A stretch of 62,472 bases of DNA, filler included, from Nemertoderma westbladi (Eukaryota > Animalia > Xenacoelomorpha), in NCBI GenBank assembly GCA_032718475.1. It is 4 parts of 4 records of this genome, joined end to end, with 100 filler letters (N's around TTAATTAATTAA, not from the genome) between each part and the next. Parts side by side here need not be neighbours in the genome. Positions count along the whole stretch, not along the records: positions 36,026 to 52,995 come from JAUCBJ010002618.1; positions 53,096 to 62,472 come from JAUCBJ010005412.1; 2 more parts are not named here. One strand, written 5' to 3'. The stretch's first letter is position 1. Each line of letters begins with the position of its first letter. The notes under the pieces are model-generated. The model was not told the origin of the DNA and searched no databases. It saw only the letters and a program-made list of their open reading frames with translations. Shown here piece by piece: positions 51,488 to 62,472 of this stretch. Made by a program: the position numbers and the translations under genes.

Positions 51488-52984
51488 ATGTCTCTAGTTG
51501 TTAGATCAAGTAGATTTCGCCACGTCTTTGGCACGGCCGGTAAAAAAGACGCCAATTACGAATCGGTTCGCATCACAAAAACCTCCTGGGACTCCAACTT
51601 CAGCGCCGCGAACCCCAAGTTCATCGCCGTAGTCACCGAGGCGGCTGGCGGTGGCTCCTTTGTGGTAATTCCCATCGAGAAAACAGGTCGCCTAGACCCC
51701 ACTTACCCGGTAGTCGGGGGCCATCAGCAGGCCGTGTTGGACGTGGCGTGGAACCCATTCAACGACAATATAATAGCGAGTAGTTCCGAGGACACAACCG
51801 TAAAGATATGGGAGATCCCAGACGGGGGGTTGAAGGAGAGTTTAGTCGAACCTTTAATCGACCTAAGAGGACATCAACGACGCGTGGGAATTATTAAATG
51901 GCATCCCACCGCTAATAATGTTTTGTTGAGTGCCGGTCACGACAATCTCATCGTTATCTGGGACATTGCGCGGGCGGAATCGATCTGTGAGATCGAATGC
52001 CCTGAGCTGATATGGTGCGTCTCGTGGAACCATAACGGTTCGCTTATCGCGACGACGAGTAAGGATCGATTCATCCGGATTATAAACCCCCGGACCGGGG
52101 CCATACTCGCCGAGAACCACGGCCACGAAGGCGCCAAACCCCAGATGGTGCAGTTCCTCAAGGACGGCTCCTTGTTTACCACCGGGTTCAGTAGAATGAG
52201 CGAACGGCAATACGCGCTGTGGGCACCAGGCCATCTCGACGCCCCCAAAACCCGGGAGGCCATTGACTCATCCAACGGGGTCATATTCATCTTCTACGAC
52301 CAAGACACCAACCTGATCTACCTAGTGGGGAAGGGTGACGCCCTGATCAGGTACTTCGAGATCTCCGACGCGAGTCCTTACGTCCACTGGATCGCCAACT
52401 TCGGTTCCAGCAACTCGCAACGCAGTTGCTGCTGGCAGAGTAAGCGCGGTCTCGATGTTACTAAGAACGAGATCTGCCGTTTCTACCGTCTCATCTCTAA
52501 TAAGAACATGGTGGAACGCGTCACCTTCACGGTTCCCCGAAAGTCCGAGTTGTTCCAGGACGATTTGTTCCCGGACACTGCCGGGGATGTGCCGTCGTTG
52601 GAGTCCGAGGAATGGGCCTCCGGGGCTGACGCCGACCCGTTGCTCATCGACATGCGGGTCTTCTTTACCGGCGTTGAGCGCGAGAAGAAGGGGCCTTCCG
52701 CCCACGCGATGTCCATCCTTCATAAGAAGACCGGAGGCGGCGGGCCTGCGAGGAACAACGGGGCACCTTCCGGAGGCGCGCCCCCCAGCGGGGCTGTGGA
52801 GTACCCGCCCCCCACGGTGCAGACAGGGGCCCCCGGGAAGGCGGCTCCCGCACCGAGTGTATCCGAGTTGGAGGAGTTGCGAGATGAGTTGCGACGGCTT
52901 CGGATCACCGTGCGCGCCCACGAGAAACGCATCGATCAGTTGGAAGAGAGACTGGGGGCGGGGGAGGCTGGTGAGGATGTGTAA
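51488..52984 (+). CDS. coro: Coronin (short type; WD40 propeller plus C-terminal coiled coil), intronless, 498 aa
   Basis: Motifs VRSSRFRHVFG, WNPFNDNIIASSSED, GKGDALIRYFE and VPRKSELFQDDLFPDT; G/P-rich linker; coiled coil LEELRDELRRL...IDQLEERL. Confidence 0.95.
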   Translation: MSLVVRSSRFRHVFGTAGKKDANYESVRITKTSWDSNFSAANPKFIAVVTEAAGGGSFVVIPIEKTGRLDPTYPVVGGHQQAVLDVAWNPFNDNIIASSSEDTTVKIWEIPDGGLKESLVEPLIDLRGHQRRVGIIKWHPTANNVLLSAGHDNLIVIWDIARAESICEIECPELIWCVSWNHNGSLIATTSKDRFIRIINPRTGAILAENHGHEGAKPQMVQFLKDGSLFTTGFSRMSERQYALWAPGHLDAPKTREAIDSSNGVIFIFYDQDTNLIYLVGKGDALIRYFEISDASPYVHWIANFGSSNSQRSCCWQSKRGLDVTKNEICRFYRLISNKNMVERVTFTVPRKSELFQDDLFPDTAGDVPSLESEEWASGADADPLLIDMRVFFTGVEREKKGPSAHAMSILHKKTGGGGPARNNGAPSGGAPPSGAVEYPPPTVQTGAPGKAAPAPSVSELEELRDELRRLRITVRAHEKRIDQLEERLGAGEAGEDV

Positions 52985-52995
52985 GGGGGCGGGGG

Positions 52996-53095
52996 NNNNN
53001 NNNNNNNNNNNNNNNNNNNNNNNNNNNNNNNNNNNNNNNTTAATTAATTAANNNNNNNNNNNNNNNNNNNNNNNNNNNNNNNNNNNNNNNNNNNN
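52996..53095. other. Artificial contig linker
   Basis: N44-TTAATTAATTAA-N44. Confidence 0.97.
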
Positions 53096-53486
53096 TGTGG
53101 TACCCCTACCAGCCTACCGGTATTGGTACTGGCAGACAGGTATGCACTATGCATTCGGTACGAATACGAAACATAAATGAACCTGAAAAGCTGAAATGGT
53201 TTTATAAATGATTTTATAAATGACTTTACTTCTTTAGGCTATCAGCTATAGGCCTACTACAGTCAGACAGTGCTACCGCCTGACCGCACCTTTCAGCATT
53301 TAATAGGTACAGTACTGCAGTTGGTAGGCCTAATTCAGTAATTCATACTAATTCAGTAGCCTAATTAGGCCCTATAATCTGATAATTAATAGTTTTAGAG
53401 AACAATGTCTGAATGTTTTGTGTTTTGCAGGTGGCAGGGGCCGCAGGGCAGCAGTTACCAGACTGCCAGTTGCCAGTGACGTCCGG

Positions 53487-54743
53487 GTCCGACGAATCTG
53501 TACAAAAAAGTACAAAATAGTACCGTACAATACAGCAATAAAGTATAAAAGAGTACAATAAAGTGCCAAAATAGTACAAACTGACAAAAGCAGAAAAGAG
53601 TGCTAAAATAGTACAAAAGACTGAGAGTACAAACGAGTGAGAAACGCTTGCAAAACGTGTATAGGCCTACACGTGTAGTTCAAATCGTGTAGAGTGTAGA
53701 GGGGCGCACATGCTGACCTGCTGACATGATGTGAAAAATAAAACAAAGCATTCAGGCGAGGCATTGTGGTGGCTGTGGGGCGAGCCACGCATTGAGCGGG
53801 GGACTGATCAGTCAGTCAGTCAGAGCAGCAGAGAGATAGAGTCAAAGTTCACTACAATCTTGAATCTTCAGATCTTATGACTACCGGTCTGCCGGTATGA
53901 GTTTTAATGCAGCTTTTTGTGTTCCAAAAAAAGCGGCCCCAAGCCCGGAAAATTATAGAGGGAGAACTCAATAAAGTTGCTAGACAGCTAGATAAAGGAA
54001 TACATCAGTACATACAGACATACATAGCCTACGCTACACATAACTGCATAACGTAGTCTCTATAGCTGTATGGTCTATACGTAGCATACAGTCTCTCCTT
54101 TATATATAATGCTGTAATGGGCTACTTTATGACTAGGCAGCTAGGCTAGGCCTACTGAACTATGACCTAAATTTTGAGTCTCAGTTATACGAGTTTATAT
54201 CTACCCACTGCATAGGCCTAATCTGCTAGTAAGTATGTGTCAGTGTGTTGCATTGGGCATTGGGGGGTGTATATTGTATTATACGAACAGTCAGACAGTA
54301 GCCTACTTCTACCAGTGTACCAGTCTACTGTACCGGTATCTGTATGCCAGTCAAAATCGACATGAATCAAAGTCTGAAAGTTATTTCAATCATTTCATAC
54401 TCACCACTTGCACTTGACCACATAACCAAGGCCGCTATTGACAGATTGACAATGTAGCGGCGCATATTTCGGTGCCGTTGCATTTGCTTTCAATTAATTA
54501 TATTTGTATACAACTGTCAGACTGTAGTGTATACTACACCTACGCACCTACCCTACACTAGCACTAGTATACACGTTTTGCATGCGTTTCTCAGTCGTTT
54601 GTACTCTTTTTCTGCTTTTGTACTATTTTTTGCACTCTTCAGCTCTTTTGTCCTATTTTTGCACTTTATTGTACTCTTTTGTACTATATTGTACTATTTT
54701 GTATTTTTTTGTAGGTACCTTTTTATACAAATTCGTCGGAGCG
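53487..54743. mobile_element. Old foldback element with ~190-bp inverted arms, upstream of RACK1
   Basis: 53487-53680 is the imperfect reverse complement of 54552-54743 (tccgacgaat/attcgtcgga; gcaaaacgtgtata/tatacacgttttgc). Confidence 0.65.
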
Positions 54744-55015
54744 CAGTGAGGTGGTCGCAAACAGGCAAAGATCGGTACCTATTTCTGCATTTTGAAAGTC
54801 TAGGATAGGCTGGAACTGTCTGACTGTAATGTAGTACAGTAGTAGGCCTACCCCTACACCTACTGAAACTGAAGTACCCAGTGTGCAGGCAAGGCATTGC
54901 CTGCACACTGGACACTGACCTTTCTACCTCTGTCATTCTAGTAGCTTGATTACGGTCAGACACGGTACGGTAGTCTGGTATTGGTACCTTGCCTATAAAC
55001 TGAACTGAGTTAATA

Positions 55016-55595
55016 ATGGCGGGCGAGCAGTTGATGCTTTGCGGAACCCTGAAAGGTCACAACGGATGGGTAACGCAGATAACCACTACATCCCAGAACC
55101 CCGACATAGTTGTATCCTCCAGTCGGGACAAAACCGTAATCATTTGGAAACTAACGCGGGACCAAAGCAACTACGGGGTGACGCTGCGATCGCTTAAAGG
55201 TCACAGCCACTTCGTATCCGACGTAGTACTCAGCGTGGACGGACAGTTTGCGCTGTCCGGAAGTTGGGACAAAGACCTCCGACTTTGGGACATGAACACC
55301 GGGAAGACCACCCGTCTGTTTACCTCCCATACCAAAGATGTTCTAAGCGTCGCTTTCAGTGCAGATAATCGGCAGATTGTTTCTGGTAGTCGCGATAAGA
55401 CGATAAAGCTCTGGAACACACTGGGCGTCTGTAAGTACACGATACAGGAAGATTGCCACACTGATTGGGTATCGAATGTTCGTTTCTCTCCTATTCAAAG
55501 TTCTCCTCTTATCGTTTCCTGTGGTTGGGATAAAGTCGTGAAGGTCTGGAATCTTACCAACTGTAAACTGAAGACTAATCATTTTGGACACACTG
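55016..55595 (+). CDS. RACK1: RACK1 coding exon 1
   Basis: [48 protein letters not shown] and [11 protein letters not shown]. Phase-1 donor GTTGGT at 55596. Confidence 0.96.
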
Positions 55596-55699
55596 GTTGG
55601 TATTGCTCAAATTATATTATAATTATATTTATTACGCTCAGCCCAATTGCGCAACATGCACATAATAAAACTATTTTTAAAAAAGACACAGAAATTAGT

Positions 55700-56540
55700 A
55701 AAATTTATTAAAAATAAATATATCAATAAAAATGTTCTCACGTCATTTCGACTAGTTAGAGAGAGAGACAATGTGTTTTGTGGGCAGGTAAGAATATGAT
55801 ATGGTGATATAGGATCGGCTCCGGAAAGACTACAACCGCAGGACGAGTAAACTTCGTGATAGTTTGTGCTGCTATAGTAACGGTGGTGAAACCCGTGGGC
55901 ACTATAAGTAGGCCTACCTAGTGATAACTTGGTTAGATCTACACCAGCTGCTGTCCTGGTGATTCCAAAAATCTGGATAAATCATATATGTCTGAAATTA
56001 TATGTAATTATTGGTTGGAGTTTTAGATTGAACAACTTTATCGCCGCAGGATGGGTAGTAAATGAGGTTTTTTGATGTTGTGGGTGGATGCAGTTGGACT
56101 TGCAGTGTCTTGCACGTTATTGCAGTTGTGTGCTTTGTGAATGACGTGGTAGTTTGAAAAATGACCCTGAGATACTAATTTGGCGCCATTCTAGAAAAAC
56201 ATGTGCGAGGTACAAAATAAGTAAATTTGTATTTTCTTAGTCTGTCTAAAATTTGTATGTAGGCCTAGTTTTTACTTTTATAATCGATTTTATGGATTGG
56301 TAGATTTTTCCATTAATTTTGAACTTCGATTTAATTTTGTTAAGAAGTTTTCGTCTGGGACTGAAAATGCCTTGCGAATATATATAAATGGCAGTAAAGG
56401 GGTTCTTTGGGGTGGATAAATTTTGGTGAATTCCTTTTACGAATTGAGCGAATGGTGTCGTTCTTGATCTGCCTGGCATGAAGCCAAGTTGTTCCGTTCG
56501 GACATTGAACTCTTTTAAAAGTAAAAATACATTCTTAAAA
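55700..56540 (-). mobile_element. Highly degenerate LINE fragment (RTE-X-like) in the RACK1 intron
   Basis: Minus-strand reading gives EQLGFMPGRS, LLNKIKSKF, YLRVIFQTT, AAIKLFNLKLQPIITY and HGFHH...CGC...HILTC, resembling RT and C-terminal motifs of non-LTR elements. Confidence 0.5.
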
Positions 56541-59500
56541 GGAGTGCCTGTTCACTACCATGGGTGATCTTCCACATTAAACCCTTCCACTCTGTTTCCT
56601 AAAGGAATGCCTGTTCACCACCATGGGTGATCTACCACAGTGAACCCTTCCACTCTGTTTCCTAAAGGAATGCCTGTTCACCACCATGGGTGATCTTCCA
56701 GAGTAAACCCTTCCACTCTGTTTCCTAAAGGAGTGCCTGTTCACCACCATGGGTGATCTTCTACAGTACACCTTTCCACTCTGTTTCCTAAAGGAATGCC
56801 AGTTCACCACTATGGGTGATCTTCCACAGTGAACCCTTCCATTCTGTTTCCTAAAGGAATGCCTATTCTCCACCATGGGTGATCTTCCACAGTAAACCCT
56901 TCCACTATGTTTCCTAAAGGAATGCATGTTCACCACCATGGGTGATCTTCCACAGTAACCATAGTAAACCCTTCCACTCTGTTTCCTATAGGAGTGCCTG
57001 TTCACCACCAAGGGTGATCTTCCATAGTACATCCTTCCACTCTGTTTCCTAAAGGAATGCTTTTCCCCACCATGGGTGATCTTCCACAGTAAACCCTTCC
57101 ACTCTGTTTCCTAAAGGAATGCCTGTTCACCGCCAAGGGTGATCTTCCATAGTACATCCTTCCACTCTTTTTCCTAAAGGAATGCTTTTCCCCACCATCG
57201 GTGATCTTCCACAGTAAACCCTTCCACTCTGTTTCCTAAAGGAATGCCTGTTCACCACCATGAGTGATTTTCCACAGTAAACCACTCTGTTTTCTAAAGG
57301 AATGCCTGTTCACCACCATGGGTGATCTTCCACACTAAATCCTTCCACTCTGCTTCGCAAAGGAATGCCTGTTCACCACCATTATTGGTGATCTTCCACA
57401 GTAAACCCCTAAAGGAATGCCTGTTCACCACCATGGGTGATCTTCCATAATAAACCCTTCCACTCTGTTTCCTAAAGGAATGCCTGTTCACCACCAAGGG
57501 TGATATTCCACAGTAAACTCTTCCACTCTGTTTCTTAAAGGAATGCCTCTTCACCACCATGGGTGATCTTCCATAGTAAACCCTTCCACTCTGTTTCCTA
57601 AAGGAATGCCTGTTCACCACCATGGGTGATCTTCCATAGTAAACCCTTCCACTCTGTTTCCTAAAGGAATGCCTGTTCACCACCATGGGTGATCTTCCAC
57701 AGTAAACCCTTACACTCTGTTACCTAAAGGAATGCCTGTTCACCACCATGGGTGATCTTCCACAGTAAACCCTTCCACTCTGCTTCCTAAAGGAATGCCT
57801 GTTCACCACCATGGGTGATCTTCCACAGTAAACCCTTCCACTCTCTTTCTTAAAGGAATACCTCTTCACCACCATGGGTGATCTTCCATAGTAAACCCTT
57901 CCACTCTGTTTCCTATAGGAATGCCTGTTCACCACCATGGGCGATCTTCCATAGTAAACCCTTCCACTCTGTTTCCTAAAGGAATGCCTGTTCACCACCA
58001 TTATTGGTGATCTTCCACAGTAAACCACTCTGTTCTCTAAAGGAATGCCTGTTCACCACCAAGGGTGATCTTCCACAGTAAACCCTTCCACTCTGTTTCT
58101 TAAAGGAATGCCTCTTCACCACCATGGGTGATCTTCCATAGTAAACCCTTCCACTCTGTTTCCTAAAGGAATGCCTGTTCACCACCATGGGTGATCTTCC
58201 ATAATAAACCCTTCCACTCTGTTTCCTAAAGGAATGCCTGTTCACCTCCACTCTGTTTCCTAAAGGAATGCCTGTTCACCACCATGGGTGATCTTCCATA
58301 ATAAACCCTTCCACTCTGTTCTCTAAAGGAATGCCTCTTCACCACCATGGGTGATCTTCCATAGTAAACCCTTCCACTCTGTTTCCTAAAGGAATGCCTG
58401 TTCACCACCATGGGTGATCTTCCATAATAAACCCTTCCACTCTGTTTCCTATAGGAATGCCTGTTCACCACCAAGGGTGATCTTCCATAGTAAACCCTTC
58501 CACTCTGTTTCCTAAAGGAATGCCTGTTCACCACCATGGGTGATCTTCCACAGTAAACCCTTACACTCTGTTTCCTAAAGGAATGCCTGTTCACCACCAT
58601 GGCTGATCTTCCAAAGTAAACCCTTTTACTCTGTTTCCTAAAGGAATGCCTGTTCACCACCATGGGTGATCTTCCACAGTAAACCCTTTCACTCTGTTTC
58701 CTAAAGGAATGCCTGTTCACCACCATGGGTGATCTTCCACAGTAAACCCTTCCACTCTGCTTCCTAAAGGAATGCCTGTTCACCAGCATGGGGTGATATT
58801 CCACAGTAAACCCTTCCACTCTCTTTATTAAAGGAATACCTCTTCACCACCATGGGTGATCTTCCACAGTAACCATAGTAAACCCTTCCACTCTGTTTCC
58901 TATAGGAATGCCTGTTCACCACCAAGGGTGATCTTCCATAGTAAACCCTTCCACTCTGTTTCCTAAAGGAATGCTTTTCCCCACTATGGGTGATCTTCCA
59001 CAGTAAACCCTTCCACTCTGTTTCCTCCTAAAGGAATGCCTGTTCACCACCATGAGTGATTTTCCGCAGTAAACCTCTCTGTTTTCTAAAGGAATGCCTG
59101 TTCACCACCCCACCATGGGTGATCTTCCACACTAAATCCTTCCACTCTGCTTCGCAAAGGAATGCCTGTTCACCACCATTGGTGATCTTCCACAGTAAAC
59201 CACTCTGTTCTCTAAAGGAATGCCTGTTCACCACCAAGGGTGATCTTCCACAGTAAACCCTTCCACTCTGTTTCTTAAAGGAATGCCTCTTCACCACCAT
59301 GGGTGATCTTCCATAGTAAACCTTCCACTCTGTTTCCTAAAGGAATGCCTGTTCACCACCATGGGTGATCTTCCATAGTAAACCCTTCCACTCTGTTTCC
59401 TAAAGGAATGCCTGTTCACCACCATGGGTGATCTTCCACAGTAAACCCTTACACTCTGTTTCCTAAAGGAAGGCCTGTTCACCACCATGGGTGATCTTCC

Positions 59501-60393
59501 ACAGTAAACCCTTCCACTCTGCTTCCTAAAGGAATGCCTGTTCACCACCATGGGTGATCTTCCACAGTAAACCCTTCCACTCTCTTTCTTAAAGGAATAC
59601 CTCTTCACCACCATGGGTGATCTTCCATAGTAAACCCTTCCACTCTGTTTCCTATAGGAATGCCTGTTCACCACCATGGGCGATCTTCCATAGTAAACCC
59701 TTCCACTCTGTTTCCTAAAGGAATGCCTATTCACCACCATGGGTGATCTTCCACAGTAAACCCTTACACTCTGTTTCCTAAAGGAATGCCTGTTAACCAC
59801 CATGGGTGATCTTCCACAGTAAACCCTTCCACTCTGCTTCCTAAAAGAATGCCTGTTCACCACCATGGGTGATCTTCCATAGTAAACCCTTCCACTCTAT
59901 TTCCTAAAGGAATGTCTGTTCACCACCATGGGTGATCTTCCATAGTAAACCCTTCCACTCTGTTTCCTAAAGGAATGCCTGTTCCCCACCAAGGGTGATC
60001 TTCCACAGTAAACCCTTCCACTCTGTTTCCTAATGAATGCCTGTTCACCACCATGGGTGATCTTCCACAGTAAACCCTTCCACTATGTTTCCTAATGAAT
60101 GCCTGTTCACCACCATGGGTGATCTTCCATAGTAAACCCTTCCACTCTGTTTCCTAAAGGAATGCCTGTTCACCACCATGGGTGATCTTCCACAGTAAAC
60201 CCTTCCACTCTGTTTCCTAATGAATGCCTGTTCACCACCATGGGTGATCTTCCACAGTAAACCCTTCCACTCTGTTTCCTAAAGGAATGCCTGTTCACCA
60301 CCATGGGTGATCTTCCACAGTAAACCCTTCCACTCTGTTTCCTAATGAATGCCTGTTCACCACCATTGGTGATCTTCCATAGTAAACCCTTCC
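56537..60393 (+). repeat. 63-bp minisatellite inside the RACK1 intron
   Basis: Unit aaaggaatgcctgttcaccaccatgggtgatcttccacagtaaacccttccactctgtttcct, about 60 copies. Confidence 0.97.
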
Positions 60394-60395
60394 GG

Positions 60396-61464
60396 TAGGG
60401 TTTTTTTTTGGGAATTAGCTGAGGGCGCTGCTGTCTGTGCCACTACTAGTACTACCGCCGTACTTCTTACTACTTTACAACCTACGGGTTGACCATTATT
60501 ACCAGTCCAATAGACTTACTTTGTAGCTTATGTGCACAGCAAAAATAAAAAATAAATTAAACAACTAACATTCATATTAATTAGTATAACATATAATTAA
60601 TATAATGAAAATGAGTACAAGGACTATAATTGCTCAACATCATGATAACCTTCCGGTATACCTAAAGCTATGCGAGGAGGCTGGTGAGATGTCAATGTCG
60701 ATATCACAATCAGAGGCGGGGATTATCCTTTTGAAGGCTTTGTCGAGCGAGGGGGGTGGAGAAGAACTTCTATATTCAGTAATAGCTGTGATGTGTGCCC
60801 GGAAGTGATATTCATCACTTTACAGTTTACAATTTATCACAAAATTTTAATTTTTTTTAATATAAATTTAAATGGGACAATGAATGAAAAATATAAAAAT
60901 TACCCAACATTGTGTGTTAAACTTCATTTTATACCTTTTCATTCATTATCCCGTTTAGAGGTATATTAATTTTAATTAATATAATGTTAGTCGTTTAATT
61001 TTAAATCTTCTGGTTGAAATATTTTTTTCAAATTCAATTCTTGTAATTTTTTTACTATTAACTATTTTTTGTAATTAATTTATTTACTATTATACTTTAC
61101 TATATTTTGTAACTAACTAAATTCGCAGTGACAAGTTAATTATAACTTTAATTTAACTTTAATTAACTAAATAGCATCATATATAATGGCAACTTAACTA
61201 GTTGAACGTTCACATTATGTGCCCACCCCACCACCTCAAACAATATGAGGCTGTGTGGGAATATATTTTTATTTAAATATATTTTTTTATGCAAATATTT
61301 TTTTAATACCGATACTGTACTGCTATCAGAGAATATGCGTGGCGAATCTCTAGAGAAATCTGGAGAAATCTCTATGGCGCTGCTGGCGCCATCGAGCTTC
61401 CTGCCATTGGCGCTACGGGCATGTGCTATGGCGCTGGCGCCACATTTAGCGCCAAAAAACCCTG
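60396..61464. mobile_element. Candidate non-autonomous hAT-like element
   Basis: Ends TAGGGTTTTT / AAAAACCCTG with subterminal GGCGC repeats. The flanking 8-mers match only 5/8. Confidence 0.4.
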
Positions 61465-62034
61465 CCTCAAGGGTACAAAAATTAAGAAATATTACGCAAC
61501 ACGAACACAATTCAACAATTAAAAAAGGTGCTTTCAAATTTTTTCTTTTACATTTAAATTAAATTCAGGAGGAAAAGAAAAAAGAGGGGAAGAAAAGGCG
61601 ACATACTAAATTGTGTGGCGAGGCGACCAACCGTATACCATACATAATGAAACTAAATATTGTAGTATATAACTAAATATTATAATATAGAGAAAAACTG
61701 ATTACTTTTAATAAAAAAAAAACAATAAAAAATGTCCAACAGATATATATCGATATCGGTTAAAAGGAAAACTTGAAATTGACGTGAAACGCGAAAATGA
61801 GGAAGTAAAAATTGTTAGTTAAATATGTTGAGGGCAAAAAAGTTATGCGAATAATTAATATACTAATATACTGCTTATAAAACTCCGTCGATAAAATTGC
61901 CATTTACTTTAAATAAAATTCCAATAATGAATCAATTAAAATATTAGTTATGGAGTCGTCAATGTTAAGCGGCCAATTAAAATCTTTAAAGTTTTCAATA
62001 CCGATAATTATTTTATTTATTTATTGCAATTTAG

Positions 62035-62429
62035 GCTACCTGAACACGGTGACTGTCTCTCCCGACGGGTCTCTTTGCGCCTCTGGGGGTAAGGACTCAC
62101 ACGCGATGTTGTGGGACCTGAACGAAGGGAAACACCTTTACACACTGCCCAACACCAGTTCCGGCTCCGGTACCGACACCGGCGGTGCAATCAACTCTCT
62201 CGTGTTCAGCCCCAACCGCTACTGGCTGTGCGCCGCTGTGGGAACCACCATAAAGATATGGGACCTCGAAGCCAAAACGGTGGTGGATGAGTTGGCACCG
62301 GAGATCCTCAGCCCTTCGAGCACCAAAGCACCGGAGTGCACCGCTCTCAGCTGGTCCGCCGACGGACAGACCTTGTTTGCTGGCTATACGGACAATATAA
62401 TTCGCGTCTGGCAGGTCCATCAAGTTTGA
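62035..62429 (+). CDS. RACK1: RACK1 coding exon 2
   Basis: Acceptor TTTAG at 62030-62034. G|GC completes Gly, followed by [31 protein letters not shown] and [15 protein letters not shown]. The spliced CDS is 975 nt (324 aa). Confidence 0.96.
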
Positions 62430-62472
62430 GGAAAGGTTGATGGATTATTTGACTCTCTGAATAGAAGGATGG

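Noticed and set aside
55596-55711. C-terminal part of ORF 55016-55711 and N-terminal part of ORF 61950-62429
   Set aside because: Read-through into the RACK1 intron; similarity to RACK1 stops exactly at the GT and AG sites.
55700-56200. Intronic C/D snoRNA in RACK1
   Set aside because: No RTGATGA...CTGA pair with suitable spacing and terminal stem; the region reads better as a LINE remnant.
56577-59866. Repetitive basic ORFs (MVVNRHSFRKQSGRVYCGRSP)
   Set aside because: Translation of the 63-bp intronic satellite, broken by many indels.

Overview
AT-rich, repeat-dense genomic DNA from an invertebrate animal. It is not prokaryotic, and there is no CRISPR array and no rRNA or tRNA gene that I can support. 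The window is four sequence pieces (1-9678, 9779-35925, 36026-52995, 53096-62472) joined by artificial N44-TTAATTAATTAA-N44 linkers, so neighbourhood across the joins is unproven. Host genes: an intronless stand-alone saccharopine dehydrogenase (the SDH half of AASS), intronless AGXT with a mitochondrial-type leader, COX19 followed 79 bp later by an unknown membrane-anchored ORF, intronless coronin, and RACK1 split by one 6.4-kb intron. The rest is mostly mobile DNA: two BEL/Pao fragments, a full-length but disabled Mag-type Gypsy element, several LINEs (RTE-like and CR1/L2-group), MITEs (Tc1/mariner-, Kolobok- and hAT-like), a probable Helitron, and tandem repeats with 44-, 36-, 63- and 68-bp units. 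The three strongest leads are: (1) a near-intact CR1/L2-group LINE whose single ORF begins with about 330 aa of multi-pass hydrophobic sequence, containing a histone-H3-like TARKST motif and ending in a 2A-like GDIQLHPGP just before APE-RT; (2) dense clusters of TA-anchored micro-insertions (TAGGCCTA, TACCGTA, TACTGTA) upstream of genes, which repeat-copy comparisons show are insertions, possibly transposon excision footprints; (3) the operon-like COX19/unknown ORF pair. All calls were made by eye and no searches were run.
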